Positions 17,022 through 26,050 of a stretch of 28,649 bases of DNA are shown piece by piece. The notes beneath the pieces were generated by a model, which saw only the letters and a list, made by a program, of their open reading frames with translations, was not told where the DNA came from and did not search any database. Position 1 is the first letter of the stretch. The number at the start of each line of letters is the position of its first letter. Origin of the DNA: a virus (Duplodnaviria > Caudoviricetes); IMG/VR virus record IMGVR_UViG_3300032255_000018, positions 1 through 28,649 of that record. One strand, written 5' to 3'. The translations under genes were made by a program, and so were the position numbers.

Positions 17022-17917
17022 GCGTTATCAGTTGGCGAGAACTGCCAGGCGAAGAGTATTCAGAAAGTAAGGATGGTGTGCGCGAATACCGCCGAAAATT
17101 TCTGGCGGAAACGGACACGGGATTTGATTCACCCGAGACCGTCAAAAATTACTACGAATGCCCGCAACGCTGGGAGTTACACCCCACTGGTATCAATGCT
17201 CGCGTGATCTCGCGAAGAGCAACACAACAAACCAAAGGGGGACGATTCTGGGATGTGGAAATTTTCTACACAAATGATTTTCGCGACGATACCGAAAACC
17301 CACTCGAACGCCCGCCTGTCATTGAGTGGTCTTCCGTTGAATACGCGATTGCTGTGCCGACTGACTTGGAGGGCAAACCGTTTGTTTCGACCAGCGGAGA
17401 ACCGCTTGCCGAGGTGATGGTCGAATCTCCCGGCCTGGTTGCGAATATATCGGTGAACGTTCCAGAAAAACCTACATGGTTTCGAAAATATCTGAACTCG
17501 GTCAATAACGGGGCAATCACATTCGATGATGAATCATTCGGGAAAGGCGATCTTCGTATGAAATCGCTTTCGGTTGGAGGATTTGTATTTGATCAAGGCG
17601 TCTGGTATCGGCAACTCAAGATGCAGTTACAGAGCCGTGATGGTGGCTGGCAAAAACGAATCATCAATCGCGGCTACTACGAAGTATTTGTAAAGAATGT
17701 GAAACAGAAAAACGGCAAGAACAAAAAAAAATACGAATACAAACAAATCAAGATCGATGGTACGCCAGCCGTCGAGCCTCAACTGCTTGACGCAGATGGG
17801 AAATATCTCGACCTGCTCAAGGATGGGGTACTGGATCCCGAGCAGATGCAGAAAGTTGTCGTTCTCGACTTCAAAGTCCGGCATGATCGCGATTATTCGA
17901 TACTACCACTGAAATAA
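17018..17917 (+). CDS. Putative distal tail/hub protein
   Basis: 299 aa immediately after tape measure (ATGA overlap); positional call. Confidence 0.55.
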   Translation: MSVISWRELPGEEYSESKDGVREYRRKFLAETDTGFDSPETVKNYYECPQRWELHPTGINARVISRRATQQTKGGRFWDVEIFYTNDFRDDTENPLERPPVIEWSSVEYAIAVPTDLEGKPFVSTSGEPLAEVMVESPGLVANISVNVPEKPTWFRKYLNSVNNGAITFDDESFGKGDLRMKSLSVGGFVFDQGVWYRQLKMQLQSRDGGWQKRIINRGYYEVFVKNVKQKNGKNKKKYEYKQIKIDGTPAVEPQLLDADGKYLDLLKDGVLDPEQMQKVVVLDFKVRHDRDYSILPLK

Positions 17918-17931
17918 GGAATTTCGCTACG

Positions 17932-20900
17932 ATGTCAAAATTAATTTACCGAGGCGATGCCGAAGACTTCGCACAACAAACACTCCTTCCAAACCCACCT
18001 GCTGGTTTTATTGGAGAAATCAAAGTCGGCATCAGTAACAAAACGATCACGGTATCCGAATGGAATAAAGAGGCCGTCGCAACCGCTTTTAATGGTGCGG
18101 GGATCCCCGAATTCGATGCAGCCGTGGCAAGCGTCACTGATGATGGTGTCTTGCTGACGGCTGCAACGGCTGGCATACCTTTTCAGGTTTGGATTAGCTA
18201 CGGCGGTTCCTCGACTTTCGATGAAGTTCTCATTTTCTCAAAACTCAATTACTCCGCTACAGTATCAGGGACAATCGATCTGACCTTCAAGGGGGAAACA
18301 GTCGCTGTTAACTACGATGTCAATGCAGCCTCGCTGCAGGCCGCGTTGGAAACACTCACGGCAATTGATCCAGGTGATACCACGATTGTGGATCTGAATC
18401 CCACGCAAATCAAAATGACCTGGTCGGGACAATACGCCGGGCAGAATGTTACCGATCTGACGATTGACGATTCTGCTTTACGTGGGGGTACGGCGGATGT
18501 CGTCGTGACAAAAGTGCGTGATTATCGAGCCGGTCAGAATGAAATCCAGCGGATCGTCCTGGGCGGCGGACCGACTGGTGGAACAATCCTCTACGATCTG
18601 GATGGCACACCAATCGGACCGGTGAATTACAACGATGCCGTTGCCGATTACCAAACGGCATTTGATGCCGCCTTGGGGGCCGGTGAAGCAACCGTTACCG
18701 GACCTTCCGGGACAGGTGAAGTTGGGCCGCTACAGACCGAGGCATTTGTGGCTACTCACGACAAAGATACCGGGTACAGTTACGATCCGGCGACCAGCCA
18801 GGTTGTGAAAGTCGATAAAGCTGCAATCACAATCGGCAATGAACAGATCGTAAGCGGAGGGGATGCAATCTGGAGATTCCCGAGAACCGCTTTTCTGCTG
18901 GTCAAGACAGATGCAGCTATCCCTGCCAACTTGCAGATCGAACGGGCTGTCCTGCAACTGGCCGTATTGTCTAGTTCATTTAACGCCCGCGTCGATGTGG
19001 TGATACGTGCGGTTGATCAAGCCAGCCCTGCACGGATCATCGAGGGGGACTGGGCAGATTTCAGTACCAGGCCGCTGACAACTGCTTCGGTCAACTGGAC
19101 GGCAGTCGTCTCGCCGAACAACACGACAATTCAGCCTCCTTCACTGCATACCATTGTGCAGGAGTTGATTGACACCCATGGGGCAGTTTCTGAAATTATG
19201 TTTTATCTCGAAACCCAATCGAATAGTATTGGTTCGGTAACTTTCTATGAACCGGGCGAATCCGGTTACATCACCACACCGGATCCGACGCTGTTGGTCG
19301 ATTATCGTGACAGTGGATCCGGGCCGGATGTTTTTGATGTCGAATTCATTGGTGGTCGATCACAAATTTCTTTGCCTCTGATGACCGCGAATATCGATGC
19401 TCTTGTGCCAAAACGCCAGAACACAATCTGGGAAATCGATACCGTCCTGGAGACCGGAGCGTCAATCAATGCTCCAGGCGTATTGCAATTGTACGATGGG
19501 GCGACGCAGTTACAGACCGCTGGGACCAGTGAGGCTGGTGTGATCTTTGTTGATGGTCTTGCCACTGTCCTGGACGAGCAATTCGGTCCCGATAATTATA
19601 CTTATCGCACTAACGTAGACGGGGAGCCGGGTCGGGTCGAAATTGAGTTGATCGAAGAACTATCAGGCGCGGTGGATATCAGTGACGACTTACTTTTGTA
19701 CTGGACGCCGATTTTCATTGCGGAGGTTCCTGAAGGAAATCCAGTTGCCAGAATGGAACTGATCAACGATGGGGGAAGCGGTCTTGGGGAAAGGCAACGG
19801 TTCGTTGTTGAAGAATCAGCCATCTCCGGGACGCTGGTATTGACGGATGGCCTGATAATATCCGGCGAATTACCGTACAATCTGACAGCCGCTCAACTGC
19901 AAACCGCTCTGGAATTATTTGCGGGAGCCGGAAAAGTGACCTGCTCTGGAACGGCATCTCCCCAGGGGATCCTGTGCGAATTTGATGTAACAGTCGGGGA
20001 TTTTTCTGAACCCGATATTATTAACAATTTGCGAAGCGTGGGCGCTGTTGTTGTAGATCAAGTGTTCTCCAATAACGATGCGGATACCGCAGTGACTTCA
20101 ACCATTACGGTCGATATGATCGGTCCGATTATTGGAGGATCGTGGGATCTGATTATCTACCCATCACAGGTTGGTATTGGGATAAACGTGCCTGTTTTTA
20201 TCCCGGATAATGTCACAGGTGCCGCCGCTCAATACATACACAGTGCTCTGATTACTGCCATTCCCCAGGCGACCGCCGTGAGTGTCACTGGCACAACCCT
20301 TTCAGAATTTACCATCGTGATCACGGCACCGTTTACTGTTTCAGCATCAACCAATGGGTCTGGACTGATCGGCACGCAACCAATCGTCGAATGGCAACTG
20401 CTTAATGAATATGAAGCATCTGCCAATGAACGCCAGCGACTGGTTGTTGATGATGGCGAGTTCGCTGGCGGCGGTTACATTGAACTCACTTATGAGGGCG
20501 TGACGGTCACGGCATTCTATCCGGCCCCGAATATTTGGGGCGTGCTGGCTCAGATTCCTGCCCTGAACGGCAGTTTGGTTGTTCGCCCCGCTCCAGATTA
20601 TGGTGCCGGTGCCTGGGAAATCGAATTTGTTGGCAGCCTGGCAGGCACTGATGTCAACATGATTTCGGTTGCCTCATATCTGACGGGGTTCGAGCAACAA
20701 GGATATTTGACAGCTTACTGGAGCCGATCTCAATACGGCAGCAATGGTGCTTCGGTGACAATCACAGAATTACAGGATGGTTCCCCGCCACTCGGTTCCC
20801 AGAGCCTGGTGCGGATTACAAACAATCCGCATTTTGGCACCTTCACATTAACGGATGGCTTTCTGATTTCATCGGCTTTTCAGTACGATGCAGCGACATC

Positions 20901-21957
20901 ATTGATACAAACTAACCTGGTAGCTGGCGGCTTCATCGTAACCTGCATCGGCGAATTGGCAGATGGATTGCTCTGTTCTTTCCCAGCATCAGAAGGTGCT
21001 GTTATTCTTTCGGCAAATAATATCGATTTGACGAACGCCCGATTCTCTGGCAGTGAATCTATTCGCGGCGGAGAATTGAATACGCTGGAATTGCAGCGAT
21101 CCGTCGGCAAGAATCACTTTGATGATCCACTGAACTGGAAAGTGATCGACACGGGGGGATCGCGAATTCCTGATTCCGGTGATGAACCCATCTTTGAAAC
21201 CGGGCGCGTCCCTTGCTTGTATGGACTGAAGCAACGGACAACCTTCGGTGTCGATATCGACACTGAAGAAGTTGTTCTTGCTGAACGGGCTGATTTTCGT
21301 GTGGGGCAAAAATTGATGGTGTCAACCGATGACACGTTGCCGACTGGCTTGGCCTCCAACCTGGCCTACACGATCAAAAGTTATGATCGTGATTCACGCC
21401 GGCTGATTTTACAGGACAACGGTGTGGATGTTTTATTCTCTGATTTGGGAACCGGAACGCACACGATTCGCCTGGCAGTCAATGCTCTGACACATCATTC
21501 TCGTTTCACTGCCCCGATTGGATTACCTCATTTCAATCCAGCAGGTTACTTGGAGTATCTCCCGACGCAGTTGGATATCGGATTTGATCCGGCGGGAGAA
21601 CGGCTACTTATCATCGGGGAAGGAAACGGTTCTTCCTCCGGACGAATTCGCCTCGACTTTGGCAACGATCAATTTAATGCCGAAGTTCAGAAAACAGGTG
21701 GAGCCATCGAAGTCGGTGTGCCAGCTTTGACCATCAACGGCACGAATGATCAAAACGAATACGCTCAACATGATGGCAGTGTTGGGCTGGGATTCTTTGA
21801 GGGCGATGAATATCGATTTACGAAACTATGGCTGCACGCCGGTTCGTTACTTTATGGTCTGATCATTTCTTCCGTGAACTGCGATCTGCGCAATTACGGC
21901 GGAACAATCGATGGGCGTGAAGGACGAATTACAGGAAAGATTGCAAGCAAATCATGA
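17932..21957 (+). CDS. Large virion/tail-tip protein with multiple internal beta-rich repeats
   Basis: 1341 aa, acidic and Thr/Gly/Val-rich; recurring E.Q...GT..LT..G....Y...AA.LQ.AL unit; TAAGGA RBS. Confidence 0.75.
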   Translation: MSKLIYRGDAEDFAQQTLLPNPPAGFIGEIKVGISNKTITVSEWNKEAVATAFNGAGIPEFDAAVASVTDDGVLLTAATAGIPFQVWISYGGSSTFDEVLIFSKLNYSATVSGTIDLTFKGETVAVNYDVNAASLQAALETLTAIDPGDTTIVDLNPTQIKMTWSGQYAGQNVTDLTIDDSALRGGTADVVVTKVRDYRAGQNEIQRIVLGGGPTGGTILYDLDGTPIGPVNYNDAVADYQTAFDAALGAGEATVTGPSGTGEVGPLQTEAFVATHDKDTGYSYDPATSQVVKVDKAAITIGNEQIVSGGDAIWRFPRTAFLLVKTDAAIPANLQIERAVLQLAVLSSSFNARVDVVIRAVDQASPARIIEGDWADFSTRPLTTASVNWTAVVSPNNTTIQPPSLHTIVQELIDTHGAVSEIMFYLETQSNSIGSVTFYEPGESGYITTPDPTLLVDYRDSGSGPDVFDVEFIGGRSQISLPLMTANIDALVPKRQNTIWEIDTVLETGASINAPGVLQLYDGATQLQTAGTSEAGVIFVDGLATVLDEQFGPDNYTYRTNVDGEPGRVEIELIEELSGAVDISDDLLLYWTPIFIAEVPEGNPVARMELINDGGSGLGERQRFVVEESAISGTLVLTDGLIISGELPYNLTAAQLQTALELFAGAGKVTCSGTASPQGILCEFDVTVGDFSEPDIINNLRSVGAVVVDQVFSNNDADTAVTSTITVDMIGPIIGGSWDLIIYPSQVGIGINVPVFIPDNVTGAAAQYIHSALITAIPQATAVSVTGTTLSEFTIVITAPFTVSASTNGSGLIGTQPIVEWQLLNEYEASANERQRLVVDDGEFAGGGYIELTYEGVTVTAFYPAPNIWGVLAQIPALNGSLVVRPAPDYGAGAWEIEFVGSLAGTDVNMISVASYLTGFEQQGYLTAYWSRSQYGSNGASVTITELQDGSPPLGSQSLVRITNNPHFGTFTLTDGFLISSAFQYDAATSLIQTNLVAGGFIVTCIGELADGLLCSFPASEGAVILSANNIDLTNARFSGSESIRGGELNTLELQRSVGKNHFDDPLNWKVIDTGGSRIPDSGDEPIFETGRVPCLYGLKQRTTFGVDIDTEEVVLAERADFRVGQKLMVSTDDTLPTGLASNLAYTIKSYDRDSRRLILQDNGVDVLFSDLGTGTHTIRLAVNALTHHSRFTAPIGLPHFNPAGYLEYLPTQLDIGFDPAGERLLIIGEGNGSSSGRIRLDFGNDQFNAEVQKTGGAIEVGVPALTINGTNDQNEYAQHDGSVGLGFFEGDEYRFTKLWLHAGSLLYGLIISSVNCDLRNYGGTIDGREGRITGKIASKS

Positions 21958-22676
21958 CCGGAAATTTAATCAGCGATAAAGATTCCGCTCGCATGGAAGC
22001 GACGGTCCTTGATTATGAAAATCGAATTCTGGGAGGGCAGGCAGCAAAGCCCCCCACACCTCGATTCTTTCAAACGCTCCCGCTACGGATGTTTCAGTTG
22101 CTTGAACCTGCCAAACCGCCCGAATCGCTTGACGATCCGGTTGCGGTCCAGGCACAACCGTTTGAAGGTGAATCGGTGCCGGAACTTGTCTACGAGGATG
22201 AGGTGGACGAAAACGGCGATACGGTTCCAGTATCTGAAACTATTTATCATTCCATTCCCGGTTTGTATCTCTGTAAAGGAACCATCGTCTGGGCGATCCG
22301 GGCTTATGGCGAATGGCGAATCATGCACGCCGAACAATGGCCTGTGCAGGTTCAGCAGATTGACGCCGAGGGATTCCCCAACGGAGACGCCGCGTGCGTG
22401 CTAACGATCAATGGCGTGGATCACGGATTCCAATTACCGGGCGATGCAACAGCGGCTGAACTGCTCGCGCTTGTCAGAGTACACCCGGAGATTGAGGTCA
22501 GTAAAGATGTCCAGGCGATGGGCGGGCCGTTGACTTATTGTGCGATCAATTTAATGTTCGGTCCTGCATTAACCGGGAAAAGCATACTGCCAATTGCTAT
22601 CGATAATGGGGCAATGTCTCCCGGTTTGTCTGGTCTGCGTATCCGTTTGCTGGCTCCCTTCTGGTCAGTCGAATAA
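21954..22676 (+). CDS. Tail-associated protein carrying one copy of the same repeat unit
   Basis: ATGA overlap; C-terminal VQQID...LTING...DATAAEL...GGPL...FGPALTG resembles repeats of the upstream protein. Confidence 0.6.
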   Translation: MTGNLISDKDSARMEATVLDYENRILGGQAAKPPTPRFFQTLPLRMFQLLEPAKPPESLDDPVAVQAQPFEGESVPELVYEDEVDENGDTVPVSETIYHSIPGLYLCKGTIVWAIRAYGEWRIMHAEQWPVQVQQIDAEGFPNGDAACVLTINGVDHGFQLPGDATAAELLALVRVHPEIEVSKDVQAMGGPLTYCAINLMFGPALTGKSILPIAIDNGAMSPGLSGLRIRLLAPFWSVE

Positions 22677-24163
22677 TGAAAACAACGCAAACGCGAAAAC
22701 CATTCCTCACGCCGGCTGCCCGTTCGCGTCCGCAACTGTTCTGTCGCTCCACTGCAACCGGCGAACTACTCTGGTCGCGTGATGATGGCCTGCCGATTCA
22801 CACCAATCGCGATCTGAAAATCAGCTTCCCGGATTCATGCGGATTTGTGGAGCAATCAGACGGTTTGATCAGCGTCAACCCATCACTATCATCAACGGTG
22901 TTCGTGCATGAATATCAGGGCATGATATTGATGATGACTCATGCCGGTGACTTGCTTACGTGTGATTCTTACGGTGATGCACTGGCAGTGCATCGAAATG
23001 TCTTCGATCAGTTCTTCGGGGCGGTTGGGGCATCAGGGCGAACCGTCTGGGTGAAAATAACTTCGGATGATATCGATCAACTCGTTGCCGTCGATATCAT
23101 CAATGGGATTCAGTCAGCGACAAGCGGGTATTCTGTTTATGCGGGACCGCGGGCAGATGGTTCGATCATTGTCTCAAAAGGGACGGCTGGAAGTGTGCAG
23201 CTTGCATCCCTTAATCCAGACGGCTCATTCAGATGGGGGCCAAACAGTTACGATACAATAGAGATTACCAATTACTCCGAGGATGGCACCGATGGGTATT
23301 GGGGAAGTTTTACCAATGGCGACATGGTCACATCAAAAGGTGTGATCTCGTGGCAGACAGGAGCCGTGATTGCAACCTGGCCTCCGGGTGACCAAAGATT
23401 CGGTGTGCAGTCTCAAAGCGTTGTTATGAGACTTCCCAATTCTGTTTTTTCTGAAGAAGGAATTATTTGTGCTTTAACCTGGGGGAAATACTGGGTGGTC
23501 GATCCGTTCGATCCAAGTACCGGTTGGTGGGTAGATAAAATCTACCGCACAATTTATGACAGAAATCTGGACATCGTAAAAAACGAAACCTTTAACGATT
23601 TTATTGCTCAGTACATCGAGGCAAATCGAGAAGAACAACTAGGGGACAATGTTTTTCTTGAAGATGTTTTCGGATTAGGGGAAGATGTTTTCGGATTAGG
23701 GCCAGAATTCTATTTTGACGAAATCTACTATGACGGAAAACTGTACACGCTCCTCCTGGCTAATGCTTACCAGTTTCGCGTCGATTTGCCGATGTGGTTT
23801 CTTTCTGACCTGCAATACGAAACCGGAAAAGAAAATCCTGACTTACTGTTTTATCCAGGCACATCAGATTTGATCGGCAAGTGGGAAGATGAAATCAACT
23901 TGCCCGATCCCATTATTGTCACACCGAAACCAACCAGTTTCCCGAATGCCAACAAAAAAAGATTCACTCACAGTCCCATCGACTACGGACACATCTTGCG
24001 ATACAGCGGCGGGTTCTTCTGTCATCTTGCTGGCGGCGTATTGGCCTCGTTCGATTCTTCTGGCCAACTCCGCTGGCAAGTTGCCATTCCGAACGGTCCT
24101 CAGCAGGGGACAACAAACTACGTGCTTAGTGACGATGGATCGAAAATCTATTACGTCAACTGA
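22676..24163 (+). CDS. Putative receptor-binding/tail protein with beta-propeller-like motifs
   Basis: TGELLWS, DGSFRWG, SGQLRWQ PQQ-like blade motifs; last structural gene; TAATG coupling. Confidence 0.55.
   Translation: MKTTQTRKPFLTPAARSRPQLFCRSTATGELLWSRDDGLPIHTNRDLKISFPDSCGFVEQSDGLISVNPSLSSTVFVHEYQGMILMMTHAGDLLTCDSYGDALAVHRNVFDQFFGAVGASGRTVWVKITSDDIDQLVAVDIINGIQSATSGYSVYAGPRADGSIIVSKGTAGSVQLASLNPDGSFRWGPNSYDTIEITNYSEDGTDGYWGSFTNGDMVTSKGVISWQTGAVIATWPPGDQRFGVQSQSVVMRLPNSVFSEEGIICALTWGKYWVVDPFDPSTGWWVDKIYRTIYDRNLDIVKNETFNDFIAQYIEANREEQLGDNVFLEDVFGLGEDVFGLGPEFYFDEIYYDGKLYTLLLANAYQFRVDLPMWFLSDLQYETGKENPDLLFYPGTSDLIGKWEDEINLPDPIIVTPKPTSFPNANKKRFTHSPIDYGHILRYSGGFFCHLAGGVLASFDSSGQLRWQVAIPNGPQQGTTNYVLSDDGSKIYYVN
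23660..23701 (+). repeat. Perfect 21-bp tandem duplication
   Basis: GAAGATGTTTTCGGATTAGGG x2, encoding EDVFGLG EDVFGLG. Confidence 0.95.
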
Positions 24164-24168
24164 AAATC

Positions 24169-24233
24169 GGGACCGGCAACTGCAGTAACAGCTACCGGTC
24201 CCTCAACTAAACCATGATCGAAGGAACCGATCA
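24169..24233 (+). promoter_or_regulatory. Two stem-loops in the leader of the MTase gene
   Basis: GGGACCGG (24169-24176)/CCGGTCCC (24195-24202); TGATCG (24215-24220)/CGATCA (24228-24233). Confidence 0.55.
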
Positions 24234-24257
24234 CGATAAAGCTGTAAGGATTTGAAG

Positions 24258-25097
24258 ATGCAAGGAAGCACAAAGAAATCTAGTTCGCAATCCGAAAAGA
24301 AATGGCCAGCTATTAACCGCGAGCCGTATTTTGAAAACGATTCGGTCCGGTTGTATCAGGGGGATTGTTTAGAACTGTTGTCGGAAATGGAGGTCACGCA
24401 CAAAAGCCGATTTGATGCGGTGATTACCGACCCCCCATATTGTTCGGGGGCGGTGACGAAAAGTGGTCGCGATGCGGCTCCGGCAACAAAGTATTGCCAA
24501 GATGGAAAAACGCTTGGGCGACCGTCATTTACAGGCGATAGTCGTGATCCTCGCTCGTTCGTTTTCTGGTCAACGATGTGGTTTGCCTATGCACGGCGGT
24601 TGTGCCGTCCTTCAGCATACGGTTTGGTCTTTATCGATTGGCGTCAACTTCCTGTTGTCACCGATGTTTACCAGGCATCTGGTTGGACCTGGAAGGGTAT
24701 TTGCGTGTGGAATAAAGGCCGGGGCGCACGAGCCCCCCATAAAGGTTATTTCAGGCATCAATCCGAATTTATTGTGTGGGGAACTAATGGAAAAGTTCCA
24801 AAGCTCTTGGATCGCGGACCATTTGACGGAGTTCATTCAATCCCGATCAGGCAATCCGACAAGCATCACATCACCGGCAAACCGACACCATTACTGCGCG
24901 AGTTGGTGCAAGTTGCCCCGGTTGATGGTCTCATTCTTGATCCATTCGCTGGATCTGGCACAACCGGCGTATCCGCAACGCTGGAAGGCCGCAGAGCAAT
25001 ACTGATTGAGCAATCGGAGGAATGTTGCCAAGTAGCCGCCAAACGGCTTGAGGCGGCGGCTGTAGGTGAACAACTACCATATTCCCGCGCGGCATAG
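24258..25097 (+). CDS. Orphan DNA methyltransferase, N6-A/N4-C beta class
   Basis: GDCLE, VITDPPY catalytic motif precedes HITGKP and LDPFAGSGTTG SAM-binding motif; TAAGGA RBS. Confidence 0.92.
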   Translation: MQGSTKKSSSQSEKKWPAINREPYFENDSVRLYQGDCLELLSEMEVTHKSRFDAVITDPPYCSGAVTKSGRDAAPATKYCQDGKTLGRPSFTGDSRDPRSFVFWSTMWFAYARRLCRPSAYGLVFIDWRQLPVVTDVYQASGWTWKGICVWNKGRGARAPHKGYFRHQSEFIVWGTNGKVPKLLDRGPFDGVHSIPIRQSDKHHITGKPTPLLRELVQVAPVDGLILDPFAGSGTTGVSATLEGRRAILIEQSEECCQVAAKRLEAAAVGEQLPYSRAA

Positions 25098-25102
25098 TTC
25101 TA

Positions 25103-25147
25103 GGATTGAAAATCCAGGTGTCGGGGGTTCGAGTCCCCCCCGGTCCA
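25103..25147 (+). repeat. Prophage attachment site: 3' half of tRNA-Phe(GAA), not an intact tRNA
   Basis: GGA-TTGAAAA-TCC anticodon arm, GTGTC variable loop, GGGGG-TTCGAGT-CCCCC T-arm, CCGGTCC-A acceptor strand; no D-arm or 5' acceptor strand upstream. Confidence 0.9.
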
Positions 25148-25237
25148 TTTGGTGGATGTACAGTGCATCCATCACCCGGATGTGGCCTGTGTCGCAAAGA
25201 GGCAGCAATAGAGCGAACGCTACGTCAAAGCTGAAAA

Positions 25238-25807
25238 TCACTTTATCTTTAAGGCTTGAAGCTCTTTCTCGCAAATAAATCCGACACGGTCTTTTTCCTG
25301 CATCTCAGCACACCACGACCTAACATCGTCCGCAGGTAGGTCGCTTTTGTGGATTGCTTTTATCACAATTTTCAAGCAATCCTCGATGTCATAGGTCATC
25401 AGGCCTTCGTCGCTGCATTCTACTTGGTAACTTCCTTGCCTCATCAATTCCAGTGAGAGTTCCATCACTTCACGAAGATGCCCGGCCTTGATCAATTTAG
25501 TAAAGTTTTTTTCGATCAGGGTGTAAGATTCGCCGTCGTAATCGAAATTGTGATTCATGAACCGTTCATCAAAATCGGTTGCATCGCTAATCGCGATATT
25601 TGTCTGGGCAATCAATTCTTCTGGAGGGAATTCAACATCAAATTGCATCTGCAGTTGCCGCATGATGCTGCGATCAGCCTTGGCAAATTCTACGATCACA
25701 TCAATCAGTTCCCCCTTTTTGCACTTTGCCAGAACCTTCTGCAGTCGCTTGTACTGCGATATCTTACCTGTTTTTTTCTTGGGAACTTTTTTTAAACGTT
25801 TGGGCAT
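25238..25807 (-). CDS. Hypothetical protein (host side)
   Basis: 189-aa helical ORF with plausible composition; no family confidently recognised. Confidence 0.7.
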   Translation of the reverse strand: MPKRLKKVPKKKTGKISQYKRLQKVLAKCKKGELIDVIVEFAKADRSIMRQLQMQFDVEFPPEELIAQTNIAISDATDFDERFMNHNFDYDGESYTLIEKNFTKLIKAGHLREVMELSLELMRQGSYQVECSDEGLMTYDIEDCLKIVIKAIHKSDLPADDVRSWCAEMQEKDRVGFICEKELQALKIK

Positions 25808-25873
25808 GATGATGGTTCTTTACTGCGGCGATTAAGAATAAATAAAATAGGTGAAGTTAGATTTTACCCGGTA

Positions 25874-25974
25874 AGGGTTGTTTGTGTTGCGAAGCAACCC
25901 GAGAGATTTATTTTCAGGCAACGCTTATCCTCATTCTCAACCTTTTCACTCAAAGCCTCGGGTGCCTGACGGCA
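25874..25974. repeat. ~100-bp intergenic repeat, copy 1
   Basis: Aligns by eye with 27329-27428 (about 14 differences); internal inverted CCCGAG/CTCGGG. Confidence 0.9.
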
Positions 25975-26007
25975 CTCAGACAATCCTGAACGGATTGTCT
26001 GAGCTAC
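25975..26007 (-). repeat. GTAG-type REP-like palindrome
   Basis: Minus strand reads GTAG-CTCAGACAATCC-GTTCA-GGATTGTCTGAG (perfect 12-bp stem). Confidence 0.7.
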
Positions 26008-26050
26008 CCGGTTGGAGACATAACGGGACAGCTTGGGAACGAGTATAAAT

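Larger units (their letters stand above)
1..25147 (+). mobile_element. Prophage (siphovirus-like), right-hand part; left end lies outside the window
   Basis: Co-oriented terminase-portal-protease-capsid-tail-tape measure order, ending at a tRNA-Phe 3' fragment, after which gene orientation and content change. Confidence 0.93.

Noticed and set aside
6093-23261. Numerous short minus-strand and off-frame ORFs within the structural operon
   Set aside because: Shadows of long, motif-supported + strand genes
23900-24202. DGR variable region with downstream hairpin
   Set aside because: No reverse transcriptase or template-repeat copy in the window, and the C-terminus lacks a recognisable C-type lectin motif
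24463-25005. 180-aa alternative-frame ORF
   Set aside because: Entirely within the motif-supported MTase; no RBS or recognisable motif
24161-25114. TGAAAATC 8-bp direct repeat flanking the MTase as a secondary att
   Set aside because: The same 8-mer also occurs inside genes near 22016 and 22815, so it is consistent with chance
25080-25150. Intact tRNA-Phe gene
   Set aside because: No 5' acceptor strand or D-arm; the upstream sequence is the MTase coding end
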